A stretch of 39,061 nucleotides of DNA, from positions 1-39,061 of the forward strand of contig CAXUJF010000006.1 in the NCBI GenBank assembly GCA_964250865.1, in the 5' to 3' direction. The position numbers and the translations under genes are program-made. Each line of letters starts with the position of its first letter. The first letter of the stretch is position 1. This DNA is from an uncultured Streptosporangiaceae bacterium. GTDB lineage: Bacteria; Actinomycetota; Actinomycetes; Streptosporangiales; Streptosporangiaceae. The notes under the pieces are model-generated. The model saw only the letters and a program-made list of their open reading frames with translations, was not told where the DNA came from and did not search any database. Positions 7,887-15,286 of this stretch are shown here, one piece after another.

Positions 7887-9011
7887 GTGACGGAAGGACG
7901 ACCAGTGACCACGTTCGCGGCGAGGCTCGCCGAACTCATGGAGCGGCACGGGTACGGCGTGCTCTCGCTGGCCCGCGACGTCCCCATTGACCGGGCGCAC
8001 GTGAGCCGCATGATGCACGGCAAAAAGCTGCCTTCCCGGCCGACAGCGCAGCGGCTTGACGAGCTGCTCCACGCGGGCGGCGAACTGGTCACCCTATCCG
8101 ACGAGGCACACCGGGGCGAGTTCGGCCGGGAGCAGCCATCTGGACGCGTTTCCGGGGCACCCGCAGACGTAGACGAGGTACGCCAGGCGAGCCAAATGCT
8201 GATCACGATGGAGCGGCGCCTCGGCGGTGACGCCGTGCTGCCCGCCGCCGTGAAGGCGTTTCGTGTGGCCAGTGACGCGGCCGGGGACGATCACGACCGG
8301 CTCGCCGCGGCGGCCGAAGCAGGCGAGGTCGCCGGGTGGATCGCGTACGACGCTGAGCGTCCGGACGTGTCCCGGCGCCTGGCGTCCGAGGCCCTGACGC
8401 TCAGCCGTGAGGCCGGGGACCGCGACATGGAGCTGTTTCTCGGCAGTCACGCCACGATGCTGGACGTCGAGCAGGGACGGCCAGCGTCGGCGCTGCGCAT
8501 CTCGGCCGCCATCCTCGAGCAGCGGTTGCCGAAGCACGTTGAGGCGGTGTTCCGCATCCGGCAGGGTCGTGCCCTGGTGCGCCTCGGCCGATCACGCGAG
8601 GGACTCGCCGACCTTGACCGCGCCGGGCAGCTCATCTCCGACGGGCCCGGCTCGCGCGATCCGTGGTGGACGTTCTGGGTTACCCCGTCGGAGATCTGGT
8701 GGCAGCAGGGAACGGCACTTGCTGACGTCGGCGACTGGCGCGGCGCGGTGCCGCTTCTGGGATCTGCGGCCAACGCTCGGTCGGCCCAGCACGGAGCACG
8801 GACGGTCCTGCACGATCAGGCGTGCTTGGCCGAGGCGCTTGTGCGTGCGGGCGCACTGTCCGATGCCGGGCAGGTCATTGGCGAACTGGCACCTGCTGCG
8901 CGCCTGATCACCTCGGCGCGGACGTCCAAGGTTTTGTTGCGCGCTGCGGCGCACGCGCGGACGGCCGAGGTAGACGACCTAGCGGACGAGATTCGCGGCC
9001 TGGCCGCATGA
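7887..9011 (+). CDS. XRE-family HTH regulator with a long helical-repeat (TPR-like) C-terminal domain
   Basis: N-terminal FAARLAELMERHGYGVLSLARDVPIDRAHVSRMMHGKK is a typical Cro/C1 HTH. The rest is helical and Ala/Leu/Arg-rich. An alternative GTG at 7905 sits behind GGAAGGA. Confidence 0.75.
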   Translation: MTEGRPVTTFAARLAELMERHGYGVLSLARDVPIDRAHVSRMMHGKKLPSRPTAQRLDELLHAGGELVTLSDEAHRGEFGREQPSGRVSGAPADVDEVRQASQMLITMERRLGGDAVLPAAVKAFRVASDAAGDDHDRLAAAAEAGEVAGWIAYDAERPDVSRRLASEALTLSREAGDRDMELFLGSHATMLDVEQGRPASALRISAAILEQRLPKHVEAVFRIRQGRALVRLGRSREGLADLDRAGQLISDGPGSRDPWWTFWVTPSEIWWQQGTALADVGDWRGAVPLLGSAANARSAQHGARTVLHDQACLAEALVRAGALSDAGQVIGELAPAARLITSARTSKVLLRAAAHARTAEVDDLADEIRGLAA

Positions 9012-9014
9012 TCG

Positions 9015-9168
9015 CCGCAACACCGCAACATGGCCGGTCAACGTGTTGCGGTTCGCTGGGCCTGTTGCGGCTCGTCTGGGTTTCCGCAGGTCAACGCTTG
9101 TTGGCAAGCGCCAACGCCGTGTTGCGCTTCCGCAACACAATCAGGCGCCGCAACACCGTGCCGCAACA
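9015..9168. repeat. Array of eight CCGCAACA / TGTTGCGG 8-mers
   Basis: Direct copies at 9015, 9023, 9130, 9148, 9161. Inverted copies at 9044, 9063 and 9119 (variant TGTTGCGC). Non-coding. Confidence 0.8.
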
Positions 9169-9332
9169 GTGTGCCCGTTAGCACATGAACTTGTTCGACT
9201 GCAACGTTGACACGCTTACCAAATCGAATCTACGTTCGATACATGGTCACTTTAGAAACCATGCGGCGGATCAAGGAACCTCCTTACGCTGAGAAAACCC
9301 TTCCCCGCGACGACAGCAAAGGGGAGCTGACG

Positions 9333-9668
9333 ATGACACATAAGACTGCCAAGATTCCGTTCGATCTAATGGACGGAGTTCCCGCCAGCGATGATCGCGA
9401 GGTCAACGAACTGGCCGAGGTGATCGCCTCACTGCCCGACCACAACGTCGAGAGCTTTATCCGCGGCGTATACCGCGCCATGCTCGGCTGGGAACGTACC
9501 GGCAACCCTGAAGTGCTGGCCAGCTTCGCTGACGGCACCCTTGTCACCACGCGGCTGCGGAGAGACCCTGAAACCGACCGGGCGCTACGAGAGGCGCCAA
9601 CGAAGCCGGCCGCTCCCGAGGACTCCGTGAACGTCGAGGATGCGCTGCGGGAGCGCGGCCTGCTGTAG
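9333..9668 (+). CDS. hypothetical protein (possible antitoxin-like partner)
   Basis: ATG at 9333 behind AAAGGGGAG. 111 aa. The next gene starts 10 nt after its stop. Confidence 0.6.
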   Translation: MTHKTAKIPFDLMDGVPASDDREVNELAEVIASLPDHNVESFIRGVYRAMLGWERTGNPEVLASFADGTLVTTRLRRDPETDRALREAPTKPAAPEDSVNVEDALRERGLL

Positions 9669-9678
9669 AGGGCGGCGC

Positions 9679-9972
9679 ATGGACTACCCCGACGGCGACC
9701 TGACGATTGACCGGGAGGGCTTGGCCCGGCTGGATGCCTGGCGGAAGGACGCCGATCGCGACGACGCCGACCGGGTCGCTGAACTGTTAGTCGACGTTTC
9801 CAAGCGGCGATGGCAGGGCGTGTGGTGGGCGGAGCGGGTCGCTGGCGATTCAGACATCACCGCGTTCCAGCCCCGCGAGGGTCTGTACGTCTACATCCGG
9901 CTCTGGGCCGACGTAGACCAATTCACGATCGACGGGTTCTCAGACATGCCGCCGGAGGGCGAAGAGGACTGA
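9679..9972 (+). CDS. hypothetical protein (weak RelE/ParE-like C-terminal pattern)
   Basis: ATG at 9679 within ORF 9640..9972. GLYVYIRLWADVDQFTIDGF resembles the conserved beta-strand end of RelE/ParE toxins (weak). Confidence 0.5.
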   Translation: MDYPDGDLTIDREGLARLDAWRKDADRDDADRVAELLVDVSKRRWQGVWWAERVAGDSDITAFQPREGLYVYIRLWADVDQFTIDGFSDMPPEGEED

Positions 9973-9982
9973 ACTGGGACTG

Positions 9983-10180
9983 ATGAGCGCCGAAGAGGTC
10001 ATCAACTACGCGGCGTACAACCTGGACGGCGGGCTGGAGGTCCGCACCACCCACCCCGGCGACCTGTACCCGGCTGAGCAGTGGGCGCGAGACCAGCAGG
10101 GGCTCGGCTCACGTGTTCTCCGGCGCCGGATCATCGTGGTTGAGGACTGGGTCGAGATGCCAATGGGTCGACAGGTCTAA
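9983..10180 (+). CDS. small hypothetical protein
   Basis: 65-aa ORF, 10 nt after the previous stop. Confidence 0.45.
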   Translation: MSAEEVINYAAYNLDGGLEVRTTHPGDLYPAEQWARDQQGLGSRVLRRRIIVVEDWVEMPMGRQV

Positions 10181-10355
10181 CTGAATTTGGTCCGCAGACC
10201 TACTGGGTCGACCGGGACGAGGCCTCGGAGCGCGTGGCCCAGCCCGTGGCCGCCCTGTCCGGGACCCAGGAGAACCGCCATGGAGGCGTGAGAGACGGAT
10301 CAGTGGGGATATGCGCAACGGCGTCAGCTACCTGACGCGCGAAGGAGGTAGCGCG

Positions 10356-10586
10356 ATGAGGGATTACCACTGGATCATGACTCTTGAGTCGGGCGAGGGC
10401 CGGGATGCATACCGAGTCACCACAGATGGCGTAATCACTCCGAAGGACGGTCAGACTCGCAGCGAACTGTTCGCGGAAATCTCGGATATGGCCATCGACG
10501 CGCTCAACTCAGATGGGTCTGGCAATCGGCTCGGCATCAGCTCGCCGGTGATTTTTTACAGTCTCGAGCCGGATCATCTGGACTAG
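10356..10586 (+). CDS. small hypothetical protein
   Basis: ATG at 10356 behind GAAGGAGG. 76 aa. Followed by the hairpin AACGCGG..CCGCGTT (10589-10614). Confidence 0.6.
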   Translation: MRDYHWIMTLESGEGRDAYRVTTDGVITPKDGQTRSELFAEISDMAIDALNSDGSGNRLGISSPVIFYSLEPDHLD

Positions 10587-10625
10587 CCAACGCGGACTGT
10601 CGTAGGCCCGCGTTACCGTGCTCTC

Positions 10626-10715
10626 GGGTGCCGTTCCCGCCCAAGGAAACGCTTGACCCCTCCGGGGATCCTCCCGCTCGCTGCCGGGCTGACGCGCTTG
10701 GGGAGAACGGCACCC
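10626..10715. terminator. Long imperfect inverted repeat between convergent genes (bidirectional terminator or structured RNA)
   Basis: GGGTGCCGTTC (10626-36) pairs with GAACGGCACCC (10705-15). Inner pairing CCCAAG/CTTGGG. Central CCCC-TCC-GGGG. Confidence 0.4.
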
Positions 10716-10766
10716 ATCCTGGCTGGGAGGCAGGGCCGGGCTCGTCCTGGCCACACCCCGCCCGCC

Positions 10767-11576
10767 TCAGCTGTTGTCGTCCTGCCAGTCACCGCTCACC
10801 GGGTCTTGGCCAATCTCGCACGAAGCGATCTGATACCCGCCCTCGGCGGTCCCCTGCGAGATCACCTGCCCATCGACCTCAATCTTGCACGACACCGATC
10901 CACCTCCCTGCAGCTGCGCGTTAATCGCGTAATAGATAGGGGCCTGATCGGGGATCGTCATCGTCTTGTCCATCGGCACCGAGCCAGTCAGGTTCGAGCC
11001 CGCCGGTCCGTAGGTGACGTCAGCGTCCGTCCCACTCACGATGAACGTGACCGTATCGGGCTGGCTCGGGGTGGGCGACGGCGCCGCGGAGGCGCTGAAC
11101 GACGGTGGGGCGGCTGAGGACTCAGCTGACGCGGCTGACGGATGCCACGGGCCCGCAACGACCCGGCCGCCGAGCAGGCCCTGGACCTGCTGGGCGTCCA
11201 CCTGGCTGGTCTGGATCCACCAGTTCGGGCCGACGTCGCTGTAGATCTGCTGAGCCCCCGTTGAGACCGAATTCTTCAGCACAGTCGCAGTTGAGACGGT
11301 GCCTGGGAACACGTCGATCAGGCCTGTCTCATCCGACGTGAAGTTGCAGAGCGTTTCCGAGGTAGCGCCCTGCACTACGGGTGTGTCGTTATCGCCGCCG
11401 GTGCAGGGCATCCGGCCATGCTTAAGTGCCGCGACGACCTGTGCGGCTGAGGAATACCGGACTGCAGTGGCGTTGGCGGAGGAGCTTCCGGAGCAGCCGG
11501 CCAGTGGCAGGGCAGCGATCACCATGGTTCCCCCGGCGATGGCTACGGCCGCGGCGCGGTGCCCGCTACTGGCCAC
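10767..11576 (-). CDS. Secreted lipoprotein with an MmpS-like C-terminal domain
   Basis: GTG at 11576. Signal peptide plus lipobox (AIAGGTMVIAALPLAGCSG), Ser/Ala/Pro linker, C-terminal TVTFIVSGT.ADVTYG...SVSCKIEVDGQVI...ASCEI pattern as in MmpS-type domains. Confidence 0.7.
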   Translation of the reverse strand: MASSGHRAAAVAIAGGTMVIAALPLAGCSGSSSANATAVRYSSAAQVVAALKHGRMPCTGGDNDTPVVQGATSETLCNFTSDETGLIDVFPGTVSTATVLKNSVSTGAQQIYSDVGPNWWIQTSQVDAQQVQGLLGGRVVAGPWHPSAASAESSAAPPSFSASAAPSPTPSQPDTVTFIVSGTDADVTYGPAGSNLTGSVPMDKTMTIPDQAPIYYAINAQLQGGGSVSCKIEVDGQVISQGTAEGGYQIASCEIGQDPVSGDWQDDNS

Positions 11577-12087
11577 TGTCGCCGTTCTCCGACGGCTCGA
11601 ACAGCACGTAATTCTTCGCCAATTCCACCGTCGCATACCCGTCCACCACGTCCCTGTCGGAGTAGGTGGCGGCGCAGTCAACGGTGTAGTCGCCGCTCCC
11701 GTCGCTTTTGACCGTTGACTCGTAGCAACCGGCCTTAGTGATGACAGAGTTGTCTTTCGCCACTGCGCCGGGCAGACCCTGCTCGGCGTCCTCGGTGATG
11801 CAGTGATGGCTCGTGCACGGGCTGGACTCGGCTTGGGCGCTGGACGGCGCATCTGATGGTGACGCAGACGCCTGGGTGCTCGCGGACGGTGCGGGGGCGG
11901 CGCTGCTGTTGCTGTTGTTGCCGCTTCCCTGGGCGATGGCGATCACCACGGCGACGAGGATGACGACCGCCCCGCCAATGATGAGCAGCTTGGGCGGCCG
12001 GTTCTTCTTCGGTTTCTGATGCGGGTGCATGGGGGTGCCGTAGGGTCCAGGTGGCCGCGGCGGCTGGTATTGGTGACTCACGGGCAT
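11566..12087 (-). CDS. Membrane-anchored secreted protein (Pro-rich N-terminus, 1 TM, Cys-containing ectodomain)
   Basis: ATG at 12087. KKNRPPKLLIIGGAVVILVAVVIAIA anchor, Ser/Ala-rich linker, 4 Cys in the C-terminal domain. Confidence 0.65.
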   Translation of the reverse strand: MPVSHQYQPPRPPGPYGTPMHPHQKPKKNRPPKLLIIGGAVVILVAVVIAIAQGSGNNSNSSAAPAPSASTQASASPSDAPSSAQAESSPCTSHHCITEDAEQGLPGAVAKDNSVITKAGCYESTVKSDGSGDYTVDCAATYSDRDVVDGYATVELAKNYVLFEPSENGDSGQ

Positions 12088-12131
12088 GTTCCGATCAGGT
12101 CGATGTGCCGTACCGAGAAGCTCCAGAGCCG

Positions 12132-12404
12132 TCAACAGGTCGGGTCAGTGCCCCCCTGCGACTCGCAATTTGAGCTGGACGAGGAACTGACCGAGCTCGA
12201 CAGCCCGTTGAGGGCATGTTCGACGGAGACAAGCTGGACGGCCATGATGATCGTGCCGACGAGAGTCACGACCGCAGCGACGCCTGCAAGGACGGCGATG
12301 AACACGACGGCGTTGCGGGTGTGCCGGGCATAGGTGAGCTCGACCGACTCGCGGGGGGCCGCGTGGGCGGCCGAGGCCGATTGCTGGACTGAAGACTCGG
12401 TCAT
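12132..12404 (-). CDS. Small membrane protein
   Basis: 90-aa ORF, one TM (AVVFIAVLAGVAAVVTLVGTIIMAV), Ser-rich tail. Confidence 0.55.
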   Translation of the reverse strand: MTESSVQQSASAAHAAPRESVELTYARHTRNAVVFIAVLAGVAAVVTLVGTIIMAVQLVSVEHALNGLSSSVSSSSSSNCESQGGTDPTC

Positions 12405-12417
12405 TTCCGTGATCCTC

Positions 12418-12795
12418 TCAGCGGGTCCGCGTCGCCAGCCGGTAGACAGCCCACGGGATCGTCACCAGGAAATCGACGACTACCCAGAACACGATGACGA
12501 GACCGAAGCCAATCGCGTTCCCCGCCTCCCCGGCTTGCTTCAAGCCGCTGGCGTAGTGGGTCATGCAGTCGCTGTACGACTTGAACAGCCCCTGCCAAGC
12601 CCCGTTCGCGCAGCCCTTCAGCACCTCAGCGTGGGTAGGAGTGGCGTGGGCCGAGGACGCGGCGGTGATGATCCAGATCAGGAAAATGACCTGGATAGCC
12701 AGGAAGAACCACAGGAAGATCCGGCGCTTCTTTCGTGGCTTGGCTGCCGCGGGCGGCGCGTAGGCGGCTTGCTGCTGTGGTGCTTGATGACTCAC
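12418..12795 (-). CDS. Integral membrane protein
   Basis: 125-aa ORF. KKRRIFLWFFLAIQVIFLIWIITAA and GFGLVIVFWVVVDFLVTIPWAV hydrophobic helices. Confidence 0.65.
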   Translation of the reverse strand: MSHQAPQQQAAYAPPAAAKPRKKRRIFLWFFLAIQVIFLIWIITAASSAHATPTHAEVLKGCANGAWQGLFKSYSDCMTHYASGLKQAGEAGNAIGFGLVIVFWVVVDFLVTIPWAVYRLATRTR

Positions 12796-12967
12796 GAGTA
12801 TCCTTTCGCTGCGATGCGTTATCGGATGATGACGCGGGGTGGCCAGCGGAAGTTGGCGGTCCCGCTCATCTGTAACCGGCTCGTTGCGTGACGCGACTTA
12901 GACCCAGATGGGTATGTCGTAGTCGGGTCGAACACTCGGCTTAAGACCGAATGGCCGCTCTTCTGGG

Positions 12968-13270
12968 GTGATCGTGATGACGACTGCGCGGGAGCTAATC
13001 GACGCGATCACCGAGCTTGCCGCCGGTCTGCCTGACGGCATGGAGACCGAGGTTGAGCTCGGGATCTGCGACGGCAAGAACGTCCAGATGGTCGACAAGA
13101 TGGACATCGATCACTGGACTCAGCTGAAAAACGGTCGGCCGGTCAGATGGTTTGTCCTACTCCGCGGTCACATTCATCCGGGCGAGAAGGCGGGCGACTT
13201 CATGCCTGGCCTAGCGAACGACCTGGACGAGGAACTTCGCCAGCTGACCGACGACGACGAGTGCGAGTAG
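12968..13270 (+). CDS. hypothetical acidic protein
   Basis: 100-aa ORF (ATG at 12977 also possible). Coding-like GC3 up to the stop. Acidic C-terminus. Confidence 0.55.
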   Translation: MIVMTTARELIDAITELAAGLPDGMETEVELGICDGKNVQMVDKMDIDHWTQLKNGRPVRWFVLLRGHIHPGEKAGDFMPGLANDLDEELRQLTDDDECE

Positions 13271-13416
13271 CCGGGCGGCTTAGAGACTGTGCTCGGCAGG
13301 TGGTCCGGCAGAAGCCGGACGATCGTGTTCCTCTGCTCTGCGGATAGAGGCGGCCATGTTGCGACCTCGGCGACAATCCGCCGCCGCTGCTCGGGAGTAA
13401 CGCCTACGACGCTCAT
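13174..13416 (-). CDS. hypothetical protein; 3' end overlaps the convergent gene by 97 nt
   Basis: ATGA-coupled to the upstream gene at 13413-16. The first ~45 aa look coding; the tail looks like antisense read-through. Confidence 0.4.
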   Translation of the reverse strand: MSVVGVTPEQRRRIVAEVATWPPLSAEQRNTIVRLLPDHLPSTVSKPPGYSHSSSSVSWRSSSSRSFARPGMKSPAFSPG

Positions 13417-13709
13417 GCGCCCGGCGCGAAAGTAATTCCGGTACGCCTGAGTTTTAGGTGATTCCTACCGGGAAGGCGTGGCGGGCTGCAGGAGAGCAGA
13501 TCCATCCTGGCAGCGCAATCCGGCGCTATCTTGTCCCGCAGTTCTCCGATCAGGCGTGCCGCGGCGAGTGTTGACAGGCATTCGCCGCCTCCGGTGTAGT
13601 CGTCCACGGCCTCTTCGAGCAAGGCCGCCTCAGCGCGGCTCAGTGCGTTTAGGACGTCTGCCGGCCGAACATCGAGGTCCAGGTGGAGTGAGTAGCTCAT
13701 GTGAGACAA
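13413..13709 (-). CDS. hypothetical protein
   Basis: 98-aa ORF downstream of an AT-rich promoter-like gap (13710-13800). Confidence 0.5.
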   Translation of the reverse strand: MSHMSYSLHLDLDVRPADVLNALSRAEAALLEEAVDDYTGGGECLSTLAAARLIGELRDKIAPDCAARMDLLSCSPPRLPGRNHLKLRRTGITFAPGA

Positions 13710-13848
13710 GACGGTTCCTGAGCTTTATCATGACGCCGTTTTCGTAAGAAAAGTAAACCGAGAGTAATCAATCAGAAGCTTTCGGTAACACTCATCTTTG
13801 AACCCGGAAACCCGTAGCGAGTGGCGGGCGCCATGACAGGCCGGTCAC

Positions 13849-13880
13849 GGTGCGATCGCACCTGAGGGGATCACCCCCTG
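13849..13880 (-). terminator. Palindrome plus hairpin closing the tape-measure operon
   Basis: Perfect 14-bp palindrome GGTGCGATCGCACC (13849-62) and hairpin AGGGG-ATCA-CCCCT (13865-79), directly after the stop at 13894. Confidence 0.45.
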
Positions 13881-13893
13881 CCGCCGATCGCCG

Positions 13894-14307
13894 CTACCGG
13901 GAGCGAGCCTTCTTGCCGCGGCCCTTGGCCGGGGTCTGCTGGCCAGAGTCTTCCTGCGCCTCCGACATGATGCGCGTAGCCGCACTGATAACGGTCTGCA
14001 CGATTTCATCGGTCAGGGCCGGATACTCGAGCAGCGCACGCCAGCCGTCGCCGAGCAGGGCATCCATCACGAAGTCCTGCGCAACGCCTGCGCCGTTCTT
14101 CCACCGAAGATGCGTGTACTGCAGCCGCTCGTTCGGCCGGAGCCTGGTCCGCATCGTGTAGGCGGTGCCGTCGAGGCTGAACACTGGGACGCGCTCGCTA
14201 ATGTCTTCCGGCGGGACGTCCGTCCTGATCATGATCACGTCGGGCTTGCTGGCGTCATCCTGAGCCTCGGCGCCCTGGTCGCTCTTGGCGGATGCGGTGG
14301 CGGTCAT
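13894..14307 (-). CDS. hypothetical protein with a basic tail (last gene of the operon)
   Basis: 137-aa ORF with an ATGA overlap at 14304-07. The VPVFSLDGTAYTM pattern is faintly reminiscent of phage tail assembly chaperones. Confidence 0.6.
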   Translation of the reverse strand: MTATASAKSDQGAEAQDDASKPDVIMIRTDVPPEDISERVPVFSLDGTAYTMRTRLRPNERLQYTHLRWKNGAGVAQDFVMDALLGDGWRALLEYPALTDEIVQTVISAATRIMSEAQEDSGQQTPAKGRGKKARSR

Positions 14308-14588
14308 TTACTTCCCTTTCGTCTTCCACTGCTCTGACTGTTGGCCCTGGCTTGTGCCTGACTCGGCCCAACCCGGCGAGCCGTGCGTCTCGCCGCGTTG
14401 CCCGAGTGAACGTCGCGGAGCCGGTCGGCGACTGCCCGCGTGATCTTCTTGGCGGCCGGGCTTTTTGCCGCCGCCGCGCGGCGTTCCGCCCCGGCGACTT
14501 CCTTACGCCCAATCGGGCCGACCGGCTGCGGCTTGGCCTTGGCTGCCTTTTTGCCGCTGGTCTTCCCGGCGGCCCGATTGGGCGGCAT
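14304..14588 (-). CDS. Poly-basic Lys/Ala/Pro/Arg-rich protein (histone H1/HU-tail-like)
   Basis: ATG at 14588, 2 nt after the upstream stop. MPPNRAAGKTSGKKAAKAKPQP...AAKKITR...RRKGSK. Confidence 0.55.
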   Translation of the reverse strand: MPPNRAAGKTSGKKAAKAKPQPVGPIGRKEVAGAERRAAAAKSPAAKKITRAVADRLRDVHSGNAARRTARRVGPSQAQARANSQSSGRRKGSK

Positions 14589-14590
14589 CG

Positions 14591-15286
14591 TCACCCTCGC
14601 CGCTTCTGGGCCGGAACGCCGAGGTGGACGAGTTTGCCCTGATGTCCCCACTCGGTGACAACGTGCGGGTCGGCATCCTGGACGTCTTGCACGGTGATCT
14701 CGCCGTCATAGTCGGCGGTCAGCTGCCTCCGGCGAACTGCCTTGCGGACACGAGGGTCACTGATCTGATCGGGGTCAAGGATGGGAACGACTTCATCGCC
14801 GGTCGGCGGATATCCGAGTCCGCGCAGCTGCCCACGCTGCTGGGCGTCGAAAATCAGCGCCGGATTTTCCTGCTGGGCACGGTGTACGTCATCCATCGTC
14901 CACTGGCGCTGCTCGTCAGCGACTTGGTGCTGCGGCTGCTCGGCAGGCGCGGTGCTGGGCGCGGTTGACCGGATGGCCTCGCCAAGCGCCTCGGCGAATC
15001 CCTCGGCCGTGGGGTCAAGGCTGCCGACCTTGGCCAAGAATGCCCGCGAGTCGAGCAAGCGGTCGGGGTCGGCCCCGGCGGCCATGGCGGCACGGTAGGC
15101 GGCGAGCTCCGCCTGCGCCTGGCGGCTGCCCTGCTCGGCTCGTGTCGCCTGCTGCTGGGCTGAGTCGGCGTCACGGCGGAGCTGGGCCGGATCCGGTGGC
15201 GCTTCCTTGACGCCGAGCGCGACCGCCAGCTGTTCGCGCTGCGCCTCGGGCAGGTCGGCGAACGGGCTGGCAGCGTCCCAGCTCAT
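14591..15286 (-). CDS. Scaffold-like helical acidic protein with a duplicated C-terminal motif
   Basis: ATG at 15286 overlaps the upstream stop (ATGA). Ala/Gln/Glu-rich. Motifs WTMDDVHRAQQENPALIFDAQQRGQLRGLG and ITVQDVQDADPHVVTEWGHQGKLVHLGV. Confidence 0.6.
   Translation of the reverse strand: MSWDAASPFADLPEAQREQLAVALGVKEAPPDPAQLRRDADSAQQQATRAEQGSRQAQAELAAYRAAMAAGADPDRLLDSRAFLAKVGSLDPTAEGFAEALGEAIRSTAPSTAPAEQPQHQVADEQRQWTMDDVHRAQQENPALIFDAQQRGQLRGLGYPPTGDEVVPILDPDQISDPRVRKAVRRRQLTADYDGEITVQDVQDADPHVVTEWGHQGKLVHLGVPAQKRRG

Noticed and set aside
7310-8206. 298-aa minus-strand ORF
   Set aside because: It is antisense to the XRE/TPR regulator gene and upstream genes, Ser/Arg/Pro-rich, and shows no motifs.
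9015-9168. Possible CRISPR array (also considered for 28433..28712)
   Set aside because: The repeats are only 8-13 bp, occur in both orientations and have irregular short spacing. There are no cas genes. They are protein-binding repeat arrays, not CRISPR.
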